A DNA stretch of 64,000 bases from NCBI GenBank assembly GCA_965209055.1, contig OZ242374.1, forward strand, positions 3,040,001 through 3,104,000. Reading direction: 5' to 3'. Source of the DNA: Acidobacteriota bacterium. GTDB taxonomy: Bacteria; Acidobacteriota; UBA6911; RPQK01; JAJDTT01. Below are positions 40,577-50,075 of the stretch, one piece after another (position 1 is the first letter of the stretch; each line of letters opens with the position of its first letter). A program made the translations under genes and the position numbers. The notes beneath the pieces are model-generated. The model was not told where the DNA came from and searched no databases. It saw only the letters and a program-made list of their open reading frames with translations.

Positions 40577-42063
40577 GCATGGAACTTGGAGTGGTCGATT
40601 CGAGTTGGTATCGCCTGGACTGCGATGCCGTGGTGCTGATACTCCATCGCGAGGAGGAGTCCGGCCGGCTGAACCAGTCGGCGGATGAACGCATGGATGG
40701 TCTGCTGGCGCAGTTGACCGCCAGTGGAGAGTGGACGGGGGCCGATGGCGACATCCTGGTGATTCACCGGCCCGCGGACATCTCGGCGAGCCGCCTGGTT
40801 CTTCTGGGAGCGGGACGCCGCGGCGATTGCGACGGCGCCCGGCTCCGCGACCGCATGGTTCAAGTGGTGCGCAAATTTCGGGGCTCCGACGTCGAATCCA
40901 TCGCCGTCGCAGGCTGGGATGCATCGGAGTCCGCCCTCTCGATCCAGGCGTGTGCCGAGGGGCTGGTCATCGGGAGCTACGGACCGGACGAGTATAAGAC
41001 CCGGGACCGAAGCCGGACCAAGATCGGCCAGGCGCTTTTCTGCTCCGGTGATCCAGCGCGCAAGACTGAGTTGCAGGACGCCTTGAACCGCGGGCAGGTG
41101 CTTGGCGAGGCCACGAATCTGGCCCGTTCCCTGGTCAACCAGCCCGGGAATCGGATCAATCCGGCGCGGCTGGCGGAGGAAGCGCGCTCGATCGCCGAGA
41201 AGTCGGGTCTGCAGATCGAGATCCTGGACGAGCCGGCCATGGAGGAGGAGGGCATGGGGGCGCTCCTGGCCGTGGCCCGGGGGAGTGACGAGCCGGCCAG
41301 AATGATCGTCCTCAAGCATTTCGGCGCCGAGGACGCCGCCGCGCCGCCGGTGGTCCTGATCGGCAAGGGGGTGACCTTCGACAGCGGGGGGCTCTCCCTG
41401 AAGACCGCCCAGGGAATGGAGGAGATGAAGGCGGACAAGGCGGGAGCCTGCGCCGTGCTCGCCGCCATGAAGGCCGTCTCCCGGTTGCGGTTGCGCAAGA
41501 ACGTGGTGGGCATCCTGCCGGCCGTCGAGAATATGCCCGGCGGACGGGCACAGCGCCCCGGCGACGTGGTCCGTTCCATGTCGGGAAAGACCATCGAGGT
41601 TCTCAACACGGATGCGGAGGGCCGGCTGATTCTGGCCGATGCCATGCACTATGCCCGACGTTTGAATCCGGCCTGCATGGTGGACATCGCCACGCTCACC
41701 GGCGCCTGCGTCATCGCCCTGGGACATGTCCGGGCCGGCCTGTTTTCCAATGATGACCGGCTGGCGGAGTGCTTTTTCCAGGCCTCGGACAGGGCCGGGG
41801 AGAAGTTCTGGCGGCTGCCCCTCGACGACGAGTACCGCGCGCTCCTGGACAGTCATATTGCCGACATCAAAAACGTGGGCAAGCGGGCGGCCGGCGCCGT
41901 CACGGCGGCCAAGTTCCTGCAGGAGTTCGTAGGCGATACGCCCTGGTGCCACATCGACATAGCCGGTGTCGACATGTTTCAGGAGGGTGGCGCCAACAAG
42001 GGTCCCACCGGCTTCGGAGTGCGGACCATGGTTGAGCTGGCGTCACTCCACCCGGATTCATGA
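40573..42063 (+). CDS. pepA: Leucyl aminopeptidase (M17)
   Basis: GKGVTFDSGG, NTDAEGRL, DIATLTGA and HIDIAG. Confidence 0.96.
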   Translation: MSMELGVVDSSWYRLDCDAVVLILHREEESGRLNQSADERMDGLLAQLTASGEWTGADGDILVIHRPADISASRLVLLGAGRRGDCDGARLRDRMVQVVRKFRGSDVESIAVAGWDASESALSIQACAEGLVIGSYGPDEYKTRDRSRTKIGQALFCSGDPARKTELQDALNRGQVLGEATNLARSLVNQPGNRINPARLAEEARSIAEKSGLQIEILDEPAMEEEGMGALLAVARGSDEPARMIVLKHFGAEDAAAPPVVLIGKGVTFDSGGLSLKTAQGMEEMKADKAGACAVLAAMKAVSRLRLRKNVVGILPAVENMPGGRAQRPGDVVRSMSGKTIEVLNTDAEGRLILADAMHYARRLNPACMVDIATLTGACVIALGHVRAGLFSNDDRLAECFFQASDRAGEKFWRLPLDDEYRALLDSHIADIKNVGKRAAGAVTAAKFLQEFVGDTPWCHIDIAGVDMFQEGGANKGPTGFGVRTMVELASLHPDS

Positions 42064-42121
42064 AACGTCAGATGCTGGCCGTTCGCCATCTCGCGGGATT
42101 GGCCCGAGTCCGGGGAAGTCG

Positions 42122-42766
42122 GTGAGGACGGCTCTCCGGTTTGCCGCTCTGGCGCGAAAGAAAGAGCTTTTCGAAGCCGGGAATTCGGATTTCCGCGAGC
42201 TGCTCCGGCAGCGGATTCTACCCGGATTGGTGGAGTTCGAGGCCTTCCGGGGTGGATTGGCGGAGCCGGTCGTCAGCGGTGGATTCCGATTCTTGTTGCA
42301 GCTGGCTCGCGGCGGGAGAGGTCCTGATCTCGAAGGTCTGATTGCCTTGCGCGCCGCCGTCATCCCCGGGACGAAGGCAGGACTGCGCCTGGTTCCCGCC
42401 AAGCCTTTGTCTCCCGCTCACGCACCGCTCGAACCGGGGGCGGTGGGGCCGGCCCTGGACCGGTTCTTCGAGTGGACCTCCAGTCCGGGCTTCGCCGAGA
42501 TGCACGTCGTGCAGCAGGTCACGGTGACCCAGGTCCGCCTCCACGAAATCTATCCGTTCGGGGAAGGGACGGAGGTCTCGGTCTCACTGCTCGCCCACTG
42601 GTTTCTGCTGGCGCAGGGCTATCTCCTGCCCGCCTACAGGTTTGCGGACGCCGGCGAGTTCGCCCGGGCGCTCGAGGCCGGTTTGGAATTCAGGACGGAA
42701 GATCTGGTGAATCTGAATCTTCAGGCCCTGGGGCGGGCCTACAATCTGGGGCTGGATGGCTCCTGA
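42122..42766 (+). CDS. Fic/Fido-fold protein with a degenerate catalytic motif (start uncertain)
   Basis: LDRFFEW...H......QVRLHEIYPFGEGT....LL...LL..GY resembles the Fic core, but HPFxDGNGR is altered. Confidence 0.55.
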   Translation: MRTALRFAALARKKELFEAGNSDFRELLRQRILPGLVEFEAFRGGLAEPVVSGGFRFLLQLARGGRGPDLEGLIALRAAVIPGTKAGLRLVPAKPLSPAHAPLEPGAVGPALDRFFEWTSSPGFAEMHVVQQVTVTQVRLHEIYPFGEGTEVSVSLLAHWFLLAQGYLLPAYRFADAGEFARALEAGLEFRTEDLVNLNLQALGRAYNLGLDGS

Positions 42767-42767
42767 C

Positions 42768-43100
42768 TCAGACGCGGCGTCTGGGACCCAGCTCCGGCTT
42801 GTCTTCATACTGCTTGAAGATGTACTTGATCACGTTCTTGGGGATCAGGAGATTCGGCTCGGTTTCGCGGTTCACTTTGATGCAGTTTCGGTCGTACCAT
42901 TCGATGACTCCCCGGATCTCCTCTCCGTCGATGAGTCGCACCACCATGGGGGTTTTCCCCGTCATCTGCTTCAGGTAGTAATACTGCTCCGCGTTGGTCT
43001 GTTCGGGCGGAACCCGCCGCTTCGGGCCGTCGGAGTACTTGTTGGAACTCTGCTCTCGCAGTCCCGAAAGCGAGGGTCGTATCAGTTTCCGGTTAACCAT
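42768..43100 (-). CDS. Hfq/Sm-like RNA-binding protein (acidobacterial paralogue)
   Basis: Sm1 PMVVRLIDGEEIRGVIEWYD and Sm2 NLLIPKNVIKYI. Confidence 0.75.
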   Translation of the reverse strand: MVNRKLIRPSLSGLREQSSNKYSDGPKRRVPPEQTNAEQYYYLKQMTGKTPMVVRLIDGEEIRGVIEWYDRNCIKVNRETEPNLLIPKNVIKYIFKQYEDKPELGPRRRV

Positions 43101-43198
43101 GGTGACCTCATCCTGGGCTGAGTCTTGCTCTCGTATTGTGGTTGAAATGAAAAGGACCAATAAGAGAGAGGAGAATCTCTAAAAGCGCTGTCTCAAAA

Positions 43199-43258
43199 AG
43201 CCTAGCACAAATGCCTGTTTTTGACAAGAAGGGACACCGCAAATAGACTAGTTTGCGG
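43199..43258. promoter_or_regulatory. Overlapping divergent sigma70 promoters with an inverted repeat
   Basis: Plus strand: TTGACA(43221)-N17-TAGACT. Minus strand: TTGTCA(43227)-N17-TAGGCT. CCGCAAA/TTTGCGG flanks the plus -10. Confidence 0.6.
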
Positions 43259-43262
43259 CAGT

Positions 43263-43685
43263 ATGAGGGCCCTCACCTACCCCCTTTTTCTACTTGCATT
43301 GACGCTGCCCCTGCAGGACCGGAGATTGGGGCGCAAGCCGGTCCTGATTCGAGCGGATGACGCCTCCTCGCAGGAGCAGGAGGAGGTTCCTCCCGAGCCC
43401 GATCCGGACAAGGCCCGCAAGGCCGTGGAGATCGGAAACTTCTACTACAAGCGGGAGAACTACAAGGCGGCGGAAGTCCGCTACCGGGAGGCGATTCTCT
43501 ACGGTCCCGAATGGCCCAGGGGTTACGAGAAACTGGTCCGGACCCTGGAGACCATGGCCCGATACGACCAGGCGATCCAGGCTTGCCGGGATTTTCTCAA
43601 GGCCGCGCCGGATTCCAAGAAGGCTCCCGAATTCGAGCGCCGGGCGAAGCGTCTGGAACAGAAGCTGGGTAGCGGGGCCGACTGA
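43263..43685 (+). CDS. Small exported TPR protein (BamD-C-terminus-like)
   Basis: Signal peptide and EIGNFYYKRENYKAAEVRY TPR helices. Confidence 0.7.
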   Translation: MRALTYPLFLLALTLPLQDRRLGRKPVLIRADDASSQEQEEVPPEPDPDKARKAVEIGNFYYKRENYKAAEVRYREAILYGPEWPRGYEKLVRTLETMARYDQAIQACRDFLKAAPDSKKAPEFERRAKRLEQKLGSGAD

Positions 43686-43696
43686 AGAAAGGAGAC

Positions 43697-43824
43697 GAGC
43701 GCCGGTTTTCCAACCGCCGGACTCCCGAGCAGCAGGAGAACAGGAGCGATGCCGGGCGATTAGGAAATCGCCCTTCCGAAGACCGGAGCGGCGGTTTCCT
43801 AACCGCCGGACTCCCGAGCAGCAG
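43697..43824. repeat. BIME-like REP cluster between convergent genes
   Basis: Two direct ~40-bp units ending aaccgccggactcccgagcagcag (43697-43735, 43785-43824) separated by the inverted gggcgattaggaaatcgcccttcc (43754-43777). Confidence 0.85.
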
Positions 43825-43890
43825 AGCGACGGCGCAAGAACGGACGATTGTAGTTCGCCCCTCCTTTTTCAAAGAAGACCGTTCCCCGGA

Positions 43891-44592
43891 TCATCTCTTC
43901 CGCGGCCGTTTGCCCCGCCGTCGCCGACGCCGGCGTTGATTGCAATTTCGGCGGGAGGTGTCGACCTCGTAGTTCAGACAGCACTTGAGCCGGCCGCACA
44001 TGCCGGAGAGCCGATTCATGCTCATTCTCAAGTCCTGACGTTTGACGGTTCGCACGCTCACCGACTTCAGTTCCTTCAGGAACAGGGCCGAGCAATTCTG
44101 TCCCAGGCCACAGCAACCGAGTCCGCCGACGAGCTTGGCCTCATCCCGAGCCCCCACTTGCCGCATTTCGATTCTGGTCCTCAGGCGGCGCGCCAACTGT
44201 TTGACCAGACGTCGAAAGTCGACTCGGCGATTCGCGGTGAAGTAGATGATGACGCGGCTTCCGTCGAAGACGTACTCGACTTCGGACAGCTTCATGGGTA
44301 GCTTGTGTGCCTTGATCTGCTTGCGGCAAAGACGGTACGCCGTATTCTCCCAGTCCTTCTTTTTCTCGTACAGGTAGAGATCCCGTTCCGTGGCCCGCCG
44401 CAGAGCCTTGCCCAGAGTCGTTTCCTTGGTCCCGTTGCTGTCGAGTTGTCGACTGTCCAGGACCATCCCCATCTCCACGCCCCGCTCGGTGGAGACCACA
44501 CAGCGGTCTCCAATCCGAAAGCTCATGTTCGTCGCCAGGAACCTGCCGATCGTCTTCCGGAGTCCGAATCTCAACGTGAGCAATTCGTACAT
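43891..44592 (-). CDS. ricT: PSP1-domain protein (YaaT/RicT family)
   Basis: VVSTERGVEMG, RVDFRRLV, TRIEMRQVGARDEAK and SGMCGRLKCCLNYE; tmk-holB-yaaT synteny. Confidence 0.88.
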   Translation of the reverse strand: MYELLTLRFGLRKTIGRFLATNMSFRIGDRCVVSTERGVEMGMVLDSRQLDSNGTKETTLGKALRRATERDLYLYEKKKDWENTAYRLCRKQIKAHKLPMKLSEVEYVFDGSRVIIYFTANRRVDFRRLVKQLARRLRTRIEMRQVGARDEAKLVGGLGCCGLGQNCSALFLKELKSVSVRTVKRQDLRMSMNRLSGMCGRLKCCLNYEVDTSRRNCNQRRRRRRRGKRPRKR

Positions 44593-44593
44593 G

Positions 44594-45652
44594 TCATGCC
44601 CTTCCGGCCAATTTCAACCAGAGGGTCTCGAAGCAGAAGAGGGGCTGCACGTTCCTGTCCAGATCCTCGCGCGCCTCCCGGAGATGGTAAAGGAGATCCC
44701 GAATCCAGTCCAGATCGACGCTTTCCGCCAGTTCCAGCAACCGGTCCCGGCGATCCAGGTTCACCATTCTGGACTCGGTCCCGGTTCGAAGGAAATACAG
44801 GTCTTCAGCCAGGTGCCTCAATATTTCCAGATACTCCCGCACTCGCTCTCTGCTCTTGAGGTCGCGCCGCATGGGCTCTTCCTCGCAGGCCTCGAAGAGT
44901 CGGGAGAAGGAGGCGTTGGACAGCCATTGCTGGAGCACGGCCAGAACCCGGTCCCGGTCCTGCAGGGCTTGCTCCAGGTCCAACTGCAGCGCTTGTCCGA
45001 TGCTGCCGCCGGCGAATGCCGCCCGCAGCTTCGCCTCTTCGGCTCCGTACCGGATCTCCAGATAACTCCTGAGCTGGTTGCGTGTCAGAGGCCGGAAAAC
45101 GAAGATTTGGCATCGGGATCGAATGGTTGGGAGAAGCTGGTTGGGAAAGGCCGTCGTCAGGATGATCCGGCTGGTCTCGGCCGGTTCTTCAAGCGTCTTG
45201 AGGATGGAGTTGGCGGCTTCCCGTGTCATCTTTTCCGCCTGGTCCAGGACGAAGACCCGAAAGGTTCCTTGAAAGGGCCGGAAACGGGCTTCCCGGTTCA
45301 ACTGGCGGACGGTCTCGATTCCGATGGAAGCCCCGGTGGCCTGGATGAGGCGGATATCCGGATGGTTGCCTCCCGCCACCTTCGCGCACGATTCGCAGTT
45401 TCCGCAGAAGTCCCCAGCGGACCGGTTTCTACAGTCGGTCCGGGCGGCGAGGCCCAGCGCCAGGGTCTTCTTGCCGACTCCTTCGGGTCCGGCAAAGAGA
45501 GCGGACTGGGGCAGGGAAGCTCTCTTCACGCGGCTGACGAGCTCGTGGTTCCCGATGAAATCCTTCAGACGGACCAAGCCATCCCCCGGCGACACGCCGG
45601 AACCGGAACCAGCGGACGGTCTGCGCTTGGCGGCGCGACGCTTGGCGGCCAT
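44594..45652 (-). CDS. holB: DNA polymerase III delta' subunit
   Basis: LFAGPEGVGK, CGNCESC, HPD, AANSILKTLEEP and LPTIRSRC. Confidence 0.93.
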   Translation of the reverse strand: MAAKRRAAKRRPSAGSGSGVSPGDGLVRLKDFIGNHELVSRVKRASLPQSALFAGPEGVGKKTLALGLAARTDCRNRSAGDFCGNCESCAKVAGGNHPDIRLIQATGASIGIETVRQLNREARFRPFQGTFRVFVLDQAEKMTREAANSILKTLEEPAETSRIILTTAFPNQLLPTIRSRCQIFVFRPLTRNQLRSYLEIRYGAEEAKLRAAFAGGSIGQALQLDLEQALQDRDRVLAVLQQWLSNASFSRLFEACEEEPMRRDLKSRERVREYLEILRHLAEDLYFLRTGTESRMVNLDRRDRLLELAESVDLDWIRDLLYHLREAREDLDRNVQPLFCFETLWLKLAGRA

Positions 45653-45694
45653 CTCTTCGCCATGCCGGCGGCCCCTCCTGGCGAGCAGTGCGGG

Positions 45695-46333
45695 CTAGCC
45701 GATCAGTGCTTTCCCCTCCAGTTCGGACAGCAGTTTCTTCAGAGTCTCCTGCGGGTCTCCGGAAGCGTCAACCAGCGTGATCCGGTCCGGATCCCGCTCT
45801 GCCAAGAGTCGATATCCCTCCCGGACCCGCCGGTGGAACCGCATGGTCTCCGCTTCGAAGCGGCCCCAAGCCTGGTTGCCCTCGACGGCATTCCTCCTGC
45901 GGGCGCGAGCCAACCCGGATTCCACTTCCAGATCCAGGATCAGGGTCATATCGGGCATGCGGATCCGGAGAGGACGTGCGAGTTCGTCGACCAGCGAGAA
46001 TCCGATGCCGCGGGCGTAACCCTGATAGGCCAGCGTCGCGGCGTGGTAGCGATCGCAAAGGACCGTTCGCCCCTGCCGCAGCGCCGGTTCGATCACCTCC
46101 GCCAGATGCTGAAAACGGTCCGCCAGGTACAAGAGCAGTTCGGCCTCGGCCTCCCGGCCGGGTCCCCTGGATTCCAGGAGGATGCGGCGCAGGCGCGAAC
46201 CGAAGGGAGTGCCGCCCGGCTCCCGGGTCACGACGGTGGGAATATCGCGTCTCCTGAACTCTTCCGCCAGCAGCGACAACTGCAGCGTTTTTCCCGAACC
46301 CTCGATGCCTTCGAGTGCTATGAATCGGCCCAC
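45695..46333 (-). CDS. tmk: Thymidylate kinase
   Basis: FIALEGIEGSGKT, TREPGGT, LCDRY and AYQGYARG; GTG start at 46333. Confidence 0.96.
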   Translation of the reverse strand: MGRFIALEGIEGSGKTLQLSLLAEEFRRRDIPTVVTREPGGTPFGSRLRRILLESRGPGREAEAELLLYLADRFQHLAEVIEPALRQGRTVLCDRYHAATLAYQGYARGIGFSLVDELARPLRIRMPDMTLILDLEVESGLARARRRNAVEGNQAWGRFEAETMRFHRRVREGYRLLAERDPDRITLVDASGDPQETLKKLLSELEGKALIG

Positions 46334-46494
46334 GGATCCCCCGCCGATGCCGAGTTGCAGGCCTTCCGGCTGGTCCTGAAACAAGGGTTGCACATAGTAC
46401 CATACGGCCCGGCGGGTGCAGGTTGCCGGATCTGCCGCTCACTCGTTGATTTCGAAGAGCGCTCACGGTTTGCCCTCGGATATACTGGCTGCCG

Positions 46495-47184
46495 ATGCAG
46501 GATTTGAGATCCCGACTGGACAGTCTGCTGGCCGAAATCGACCGGACGGCGCGGTCCTGCGGCCGGGACGGGCGCGACGTTCAACTTCTGGCCGTGACCA
46601 AGGTGTTTCCCGCCGCGGTCGTTTCACACGCCGTCGCGGCCGGGCAGACACGGTTTGGCGAGAATCGTGTTCAGGAGGCCGCAGCCAAGATTCCCGCCGT
46701 GGGCGATTCCGCACTGGAGTGGCATCTGATCGGCCATCTCCAATCCAACAAGGTGCGCCGGGCGGTCCAGCTTTTCGACGTGATCCAGACCCTGGACAGT
46801 GAGAAGCTCATCTCCAGGGTGGCCCGATGCGCCCGGGAGATGGGAAAGGCTCTCGCCGTCTACATCCAGGTCAATCTGGGCCGGGAGACACAGAAATACG
46901 GCGTCGACCCCGCCACCGCGGGACAGCTCGTGAGGCTGGTGGACCGGTCGCCGCCCCTGGTTCTCCAGGGCTTGATGGCCATTCCACCCTATGCCGCGGA
47001 CCCGGAAGCATCGAGACCCTATTTTCGGCAGTTGGCCCGATTGGCCCGGGAAATCAGCCGATCCCGGCCGGAGCCCCTCACCGGCCTTTCCATGGGAATG
47101 AGCCACGACTATCGCGTGGCCATCGAGGAAGGGGCCACCTTGCTCAGGGTCGGGTCGAAGCTGTTCGGAAAACGCCCCTCTTGA
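46495..47184 (+). CDS. yggS: PLP homeostasis protein
   Basis: LAVTK, FGENRVQE, WHLIGHLQSNK and LSMGMSHD. Confidence 0.96.
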   Translation: MQDLRSRLDSLLAEIDRTARSCGRDGRDVQLLAVTKVFPAAVVSHAVAAGQTRFGENRVQEAAAKIPAVGDSALEWHLIGHLQSNKVRRAVQLFDVIQTLDSEKLISRVARCAREMGKALAVYIQVNLGRETQKYGVDPATAGQLVRLVDRSPPLVLQGLMAIPPYAADPEASRPYFRQLARLAREISRSRPEPLTGLSMGMSHDYRVAIEEGATLLRVGSKLFGKRPS

Positions 47185-47356
47185 GGGGCCGTTTTCGGTT
47201 CCAGACTGGAGATTCCGGGTTCCGGAGGAACCGGAGGTGCGACTTCAACCCCAAGTCCCGGCGGGGGCGGTTTGCACCTCATCCTGTCAGGGGCCCCTGC
47301 TACAATCCGCCGCACTTTTTGTGAAAATTAAATAATTCACCGGTTGGGAGGGGAGC

Positions 47357-50062
47357 ATGGGGAAGCTGGCGGAAGCGGTATCGGGGTCTCGGATCGGGCT
47401 TGAGCATCATTTCTCCAGACCCGACATCCATCCGTTCGACGACGTGGAATGGGAGACGCGTTCCGCTGAAATCAAGGATTGGAAGACGGGCAAGGTCAGT
47501 TTCCGCCAGGACGATCTGGAGTTTCCCAAGTTCTGGTCCCAACGGGCCACCGACATCGTTTCCAGCAAATACTTCCGCGGCCACCTGGGCACCCCCGGGC
47601 GGGAGCGGAGCGTCAAGCAGCTCATCGGGCGCATCGTCGACACCATCACGGGTTGGGGTTCCAAGATGGATTACTTCGACTCGGACGCCGACGCCAAGAC
47701 CTTCAACTACGAGTTGAGCTACCTGCTGTTGCACCAGGTTGCGGCGTTCAATTCGCCGGTTCAGTTCAACGTCGGGATCAAAAAGAAGCCCCAGTGCTCC
47801 GCCTGCTTCATCAATACCGTGGACGATTCCATGGAGCACATCATGAAGCTGGCCCGGACCGAAGCCACCATCTTCAAGGGTGGGTCCGGCTCGGGCGTGA
47901 ACCTGTCCAATATCCGCGCCTCCACGGAACCCCTCGCCGCCGGCGGCTTCGCTTCCGGTCCCGTCTCCTTCATGCGGGGATACGACAGCTTCGCCGGAGC
48001 GATCAAAAGCGGCGGCGCAACGCGCCGGGCCGCCAAGATGGTCATCCTGGACGCCGAACATCCCGATATCGAGGAATACATCTGGTGCAAGGCCAAGGAG
48101 GAAAAGAAGGCTCAACAGCTCATCGAATTGGGTTACGACGACTCCATCGATGGCGAGGCCTACCGGTCCGTCCAATTCCAGAACGCCAACAACAGTGTCG
48201 GAGTGACCGATGAATTCATGAAGGCCGTGATTTCCGACGGCGAGTGGCGAACTCGACGGGTCACCGACGGCAAGGTCGACCGCGTCTACAAGGCTGCCGA
48301 TATGATGCAGTGGATTGCCGAAGCGACTTGGCAGTGCGGCGATCCCGGCCTGCAATTCAAGACCACTCTCAATGAGTGGCACACCAGTCCCAACGCGGGC
48401 CCCATCAACGCTTGCAATCCCTGCTCCGAGTATGTCTTCCTCGACAACTCGGCGTGCAATCTGGCCTCCCTGAACTTGATGAAGTTCCTGAAGCGGGACG
48501 GACAGTTCGACACCAAGTCCTTCCGCCATGCCGTATCCGTCTTGATCCTGGCTCAGGAGATCATCGTCGACAACTCCAGCTATCCCACCGAAGAGATCGA
48601 AGAGATCAGTCATGATTTCAGGACGTTGGGATTGGGATACGCGAATCTGGGAGCGTACCTGATGGCGCAGGGGCTGCCCTACGACAGCGACCAGGCGCGG
48701 AACACGGCCGCGGCCATCAGCGCGCTGATGACGGGACAGGCCTACTTGACCAGCGCCCGGATCGCGGAGCGCATGGGGACTTTCGCCGGGTTCGAGAGCA
48801 ACCGCATTCCCATGATGGGTGTCATCCACAAGCACCGGAGCGCCCTCACCCAGATCGATTCGGCCCTGGTGCCCATGAACCTGCTCCACGCCGGCATGGA
48901 GGTTTGGGACAAAGCCATCGAGAAGGGGACTCAATCGGGCTTCCGGAATGCCCAGGTGACCCTGCTGGCTCCGACGGGGACCATCGCCTTCATGATGGAC
49001 TGCGACACCACCGGCATCGAGCCGGACTTCTCACTGGTGAAGATCAAGAAGCTGGTCGGTGGCGGCACCCTCAAGATCGTCAACCACACCATTCCCCGGG
49101 CTCTCCGGACTCTGGGGTACGACGAGGGTGAGCAGAAGGCGATTCTGGACTACATCAACCGGAAGGATACGGTGGAGGGTGCGCCCAACCTGGTGCGGGA
49201 CCATCTCCCCGTGTTCGATTGCGCGGACACTCCGGCGAATGGGGTGCGCTCCATTCATCCCATGGGGCACATCAAGATGTGCGGCGCCGTGCAGCCCTTT
49301 CTCTCCGGAGCGATTTCCAAGACGGTCAACCTGCCCAATTCGGCCACGGTCGAGGAGATCAAGGACGCCTATATCCAGGGCTGGAAACACGGGATGAAGT
49401 CTGTCTCCATTTACCGGGACGGATGCAAACTGGTCCAGCCGCTGTCGACCAAGGACAGCAGCCGCCAGGTTCTCGCGGCTCAGCACCGGAACATGCCCAA
49501 GGATCATCCGGCGCTGCAGCATGAATTCCGAATTCGTGGTTTCAAGGGTTTCCTGACCATGGGGATGTATCCGGAAGACGAAGAGTTGGGCGAGATCTTC
49601 GTCAATTTTTCGAAGCAGGGATCGACGCTGCAAGGCATGGCCATGGCGTGGGCCATCGCCATTTCCATGGGGGTTCAACGCGGAGTGCCCATCGAGGACT
49701 ATATCCGCATGTTCTCTCACATGAGCTTCGAGCCGGCAGGGTTTACCGACAATCCCCAGATCCCCTTCGCCACGTCCATTCCCGATTACGTGGTCCGGTA
49801 CTTGGCGAGCCGGTTCCTCGACACCGAGATTCAGGAGGAGCTCGGGATCCATCAGGTCCGGCCCAACGGCAGTGTCCAGGATGGCGTCCAGGTGAGTTTC
49901 CCCGAGTACTCGCGGTCTGCCGAACCGGCCAGCCCGTCCGGAAAGCTGGTGGAGGATGTTCGGGCGGACTCGCCCGCCTGCCTCCAGTGCGGGAACCTGA
50001 TGCAGCGGAACGGAAACTGCTACGTGTGCACCGTCTGCGGCACCACGTCAGGATGTAGTTGA
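47357..50062 (+). CDS. nrdJ: Adenosylcobalamin-dependent (class II) ribonucleotide reductase with C-terminal TSCPD domain and zinc ribbon
   Basis: FNSP, QCSACFI, NPCSE, CNLASLN, APTGTI and ISKTVN; C-terminal CLQCG...CTVCGTTSGCS. Confidence 0.95.
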   Translation: MGKLAEAVSGSRIGLEHHFSRPDIHPFDDVEWETRSAEIKDWKTGKVSFRQDDLEFPKFWSQRATDIVSSKYFRGHLGTPGRERSVKQLIGRIVDTITGWGSKMDYFDSDADAKTFNYELSYLLLHQVAAFNSPVQFNVGIKKKPQCSACFINTVDDSMEHIMKLARTEATIFKGGSGSGVNLSNIRASTEPLAAGGFASGPVSFMRGYDSFAGAIKSGGATRRAAKMVILDAEHPDIEEYIWCKAKEEKKAQQLIELGYDDSIDGEAYRSVQFQNANNSVGVTDEFMKAVISDGEWRTRRVTDGKVDRVYKAADMMQWIAEATWQCGDPGLQFKTTLNEWHTSPNAGPINACNPCSEYVFLDNSACNLASLNLMKFLKRDGQFDTKSFRHAVSVLILAQEIIVDNSSYPTEEIEEISHDFRTLGLGYANLGAYLMAQGLPYDSDQARNTAAAISALMTGQAYLTSARIAERMGTFAGFESNRIPMMGVIHKHRSALTQIDSALVPMNLLHAGMEVWDKAIEKGTQSGFRNAQVTLLAPTGTIAFMMDCDTTGIEPDFSLVKIKKLVGGGTLKIVNHTIPRALRTLGYDEGEQKAILDYINRKDTVEGAPNLVRDHLPVFDCADTPANGVRSIHPMGHIKMCGAVQPFLSGAISKTVNLPNSATVEEIKDAYIQGWKHGMKSVSIYRDGCKLVQPLSTKDSSRQVLAAQHRNMPKDHPALQHEFRIRGFKGFLTMGMYPEDEELGEIFVNFSKQGSTLQGMAMAWAIAISMGVQRGVPIEDYIRMFSHMSFEPAGFTDNPQIPFATSIPDYVVRYLASRFLDTEIQEELGIHQVRPNGSVQDGVQVSFPEYSRSAEPASPSGKLVEDVRADSPACLQCGNLMQRNGNCYVCTVCGTTSGCS

Positions 50063-50075
50063 AGCCTCTTGGCGA

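Noticed and set aside
47357-50062. Intein or intron in nrdJ
   Set aside because: The length is normal, the catalytic motifs are contiguous, and no splice or LAGLIDADG motifs are seen.
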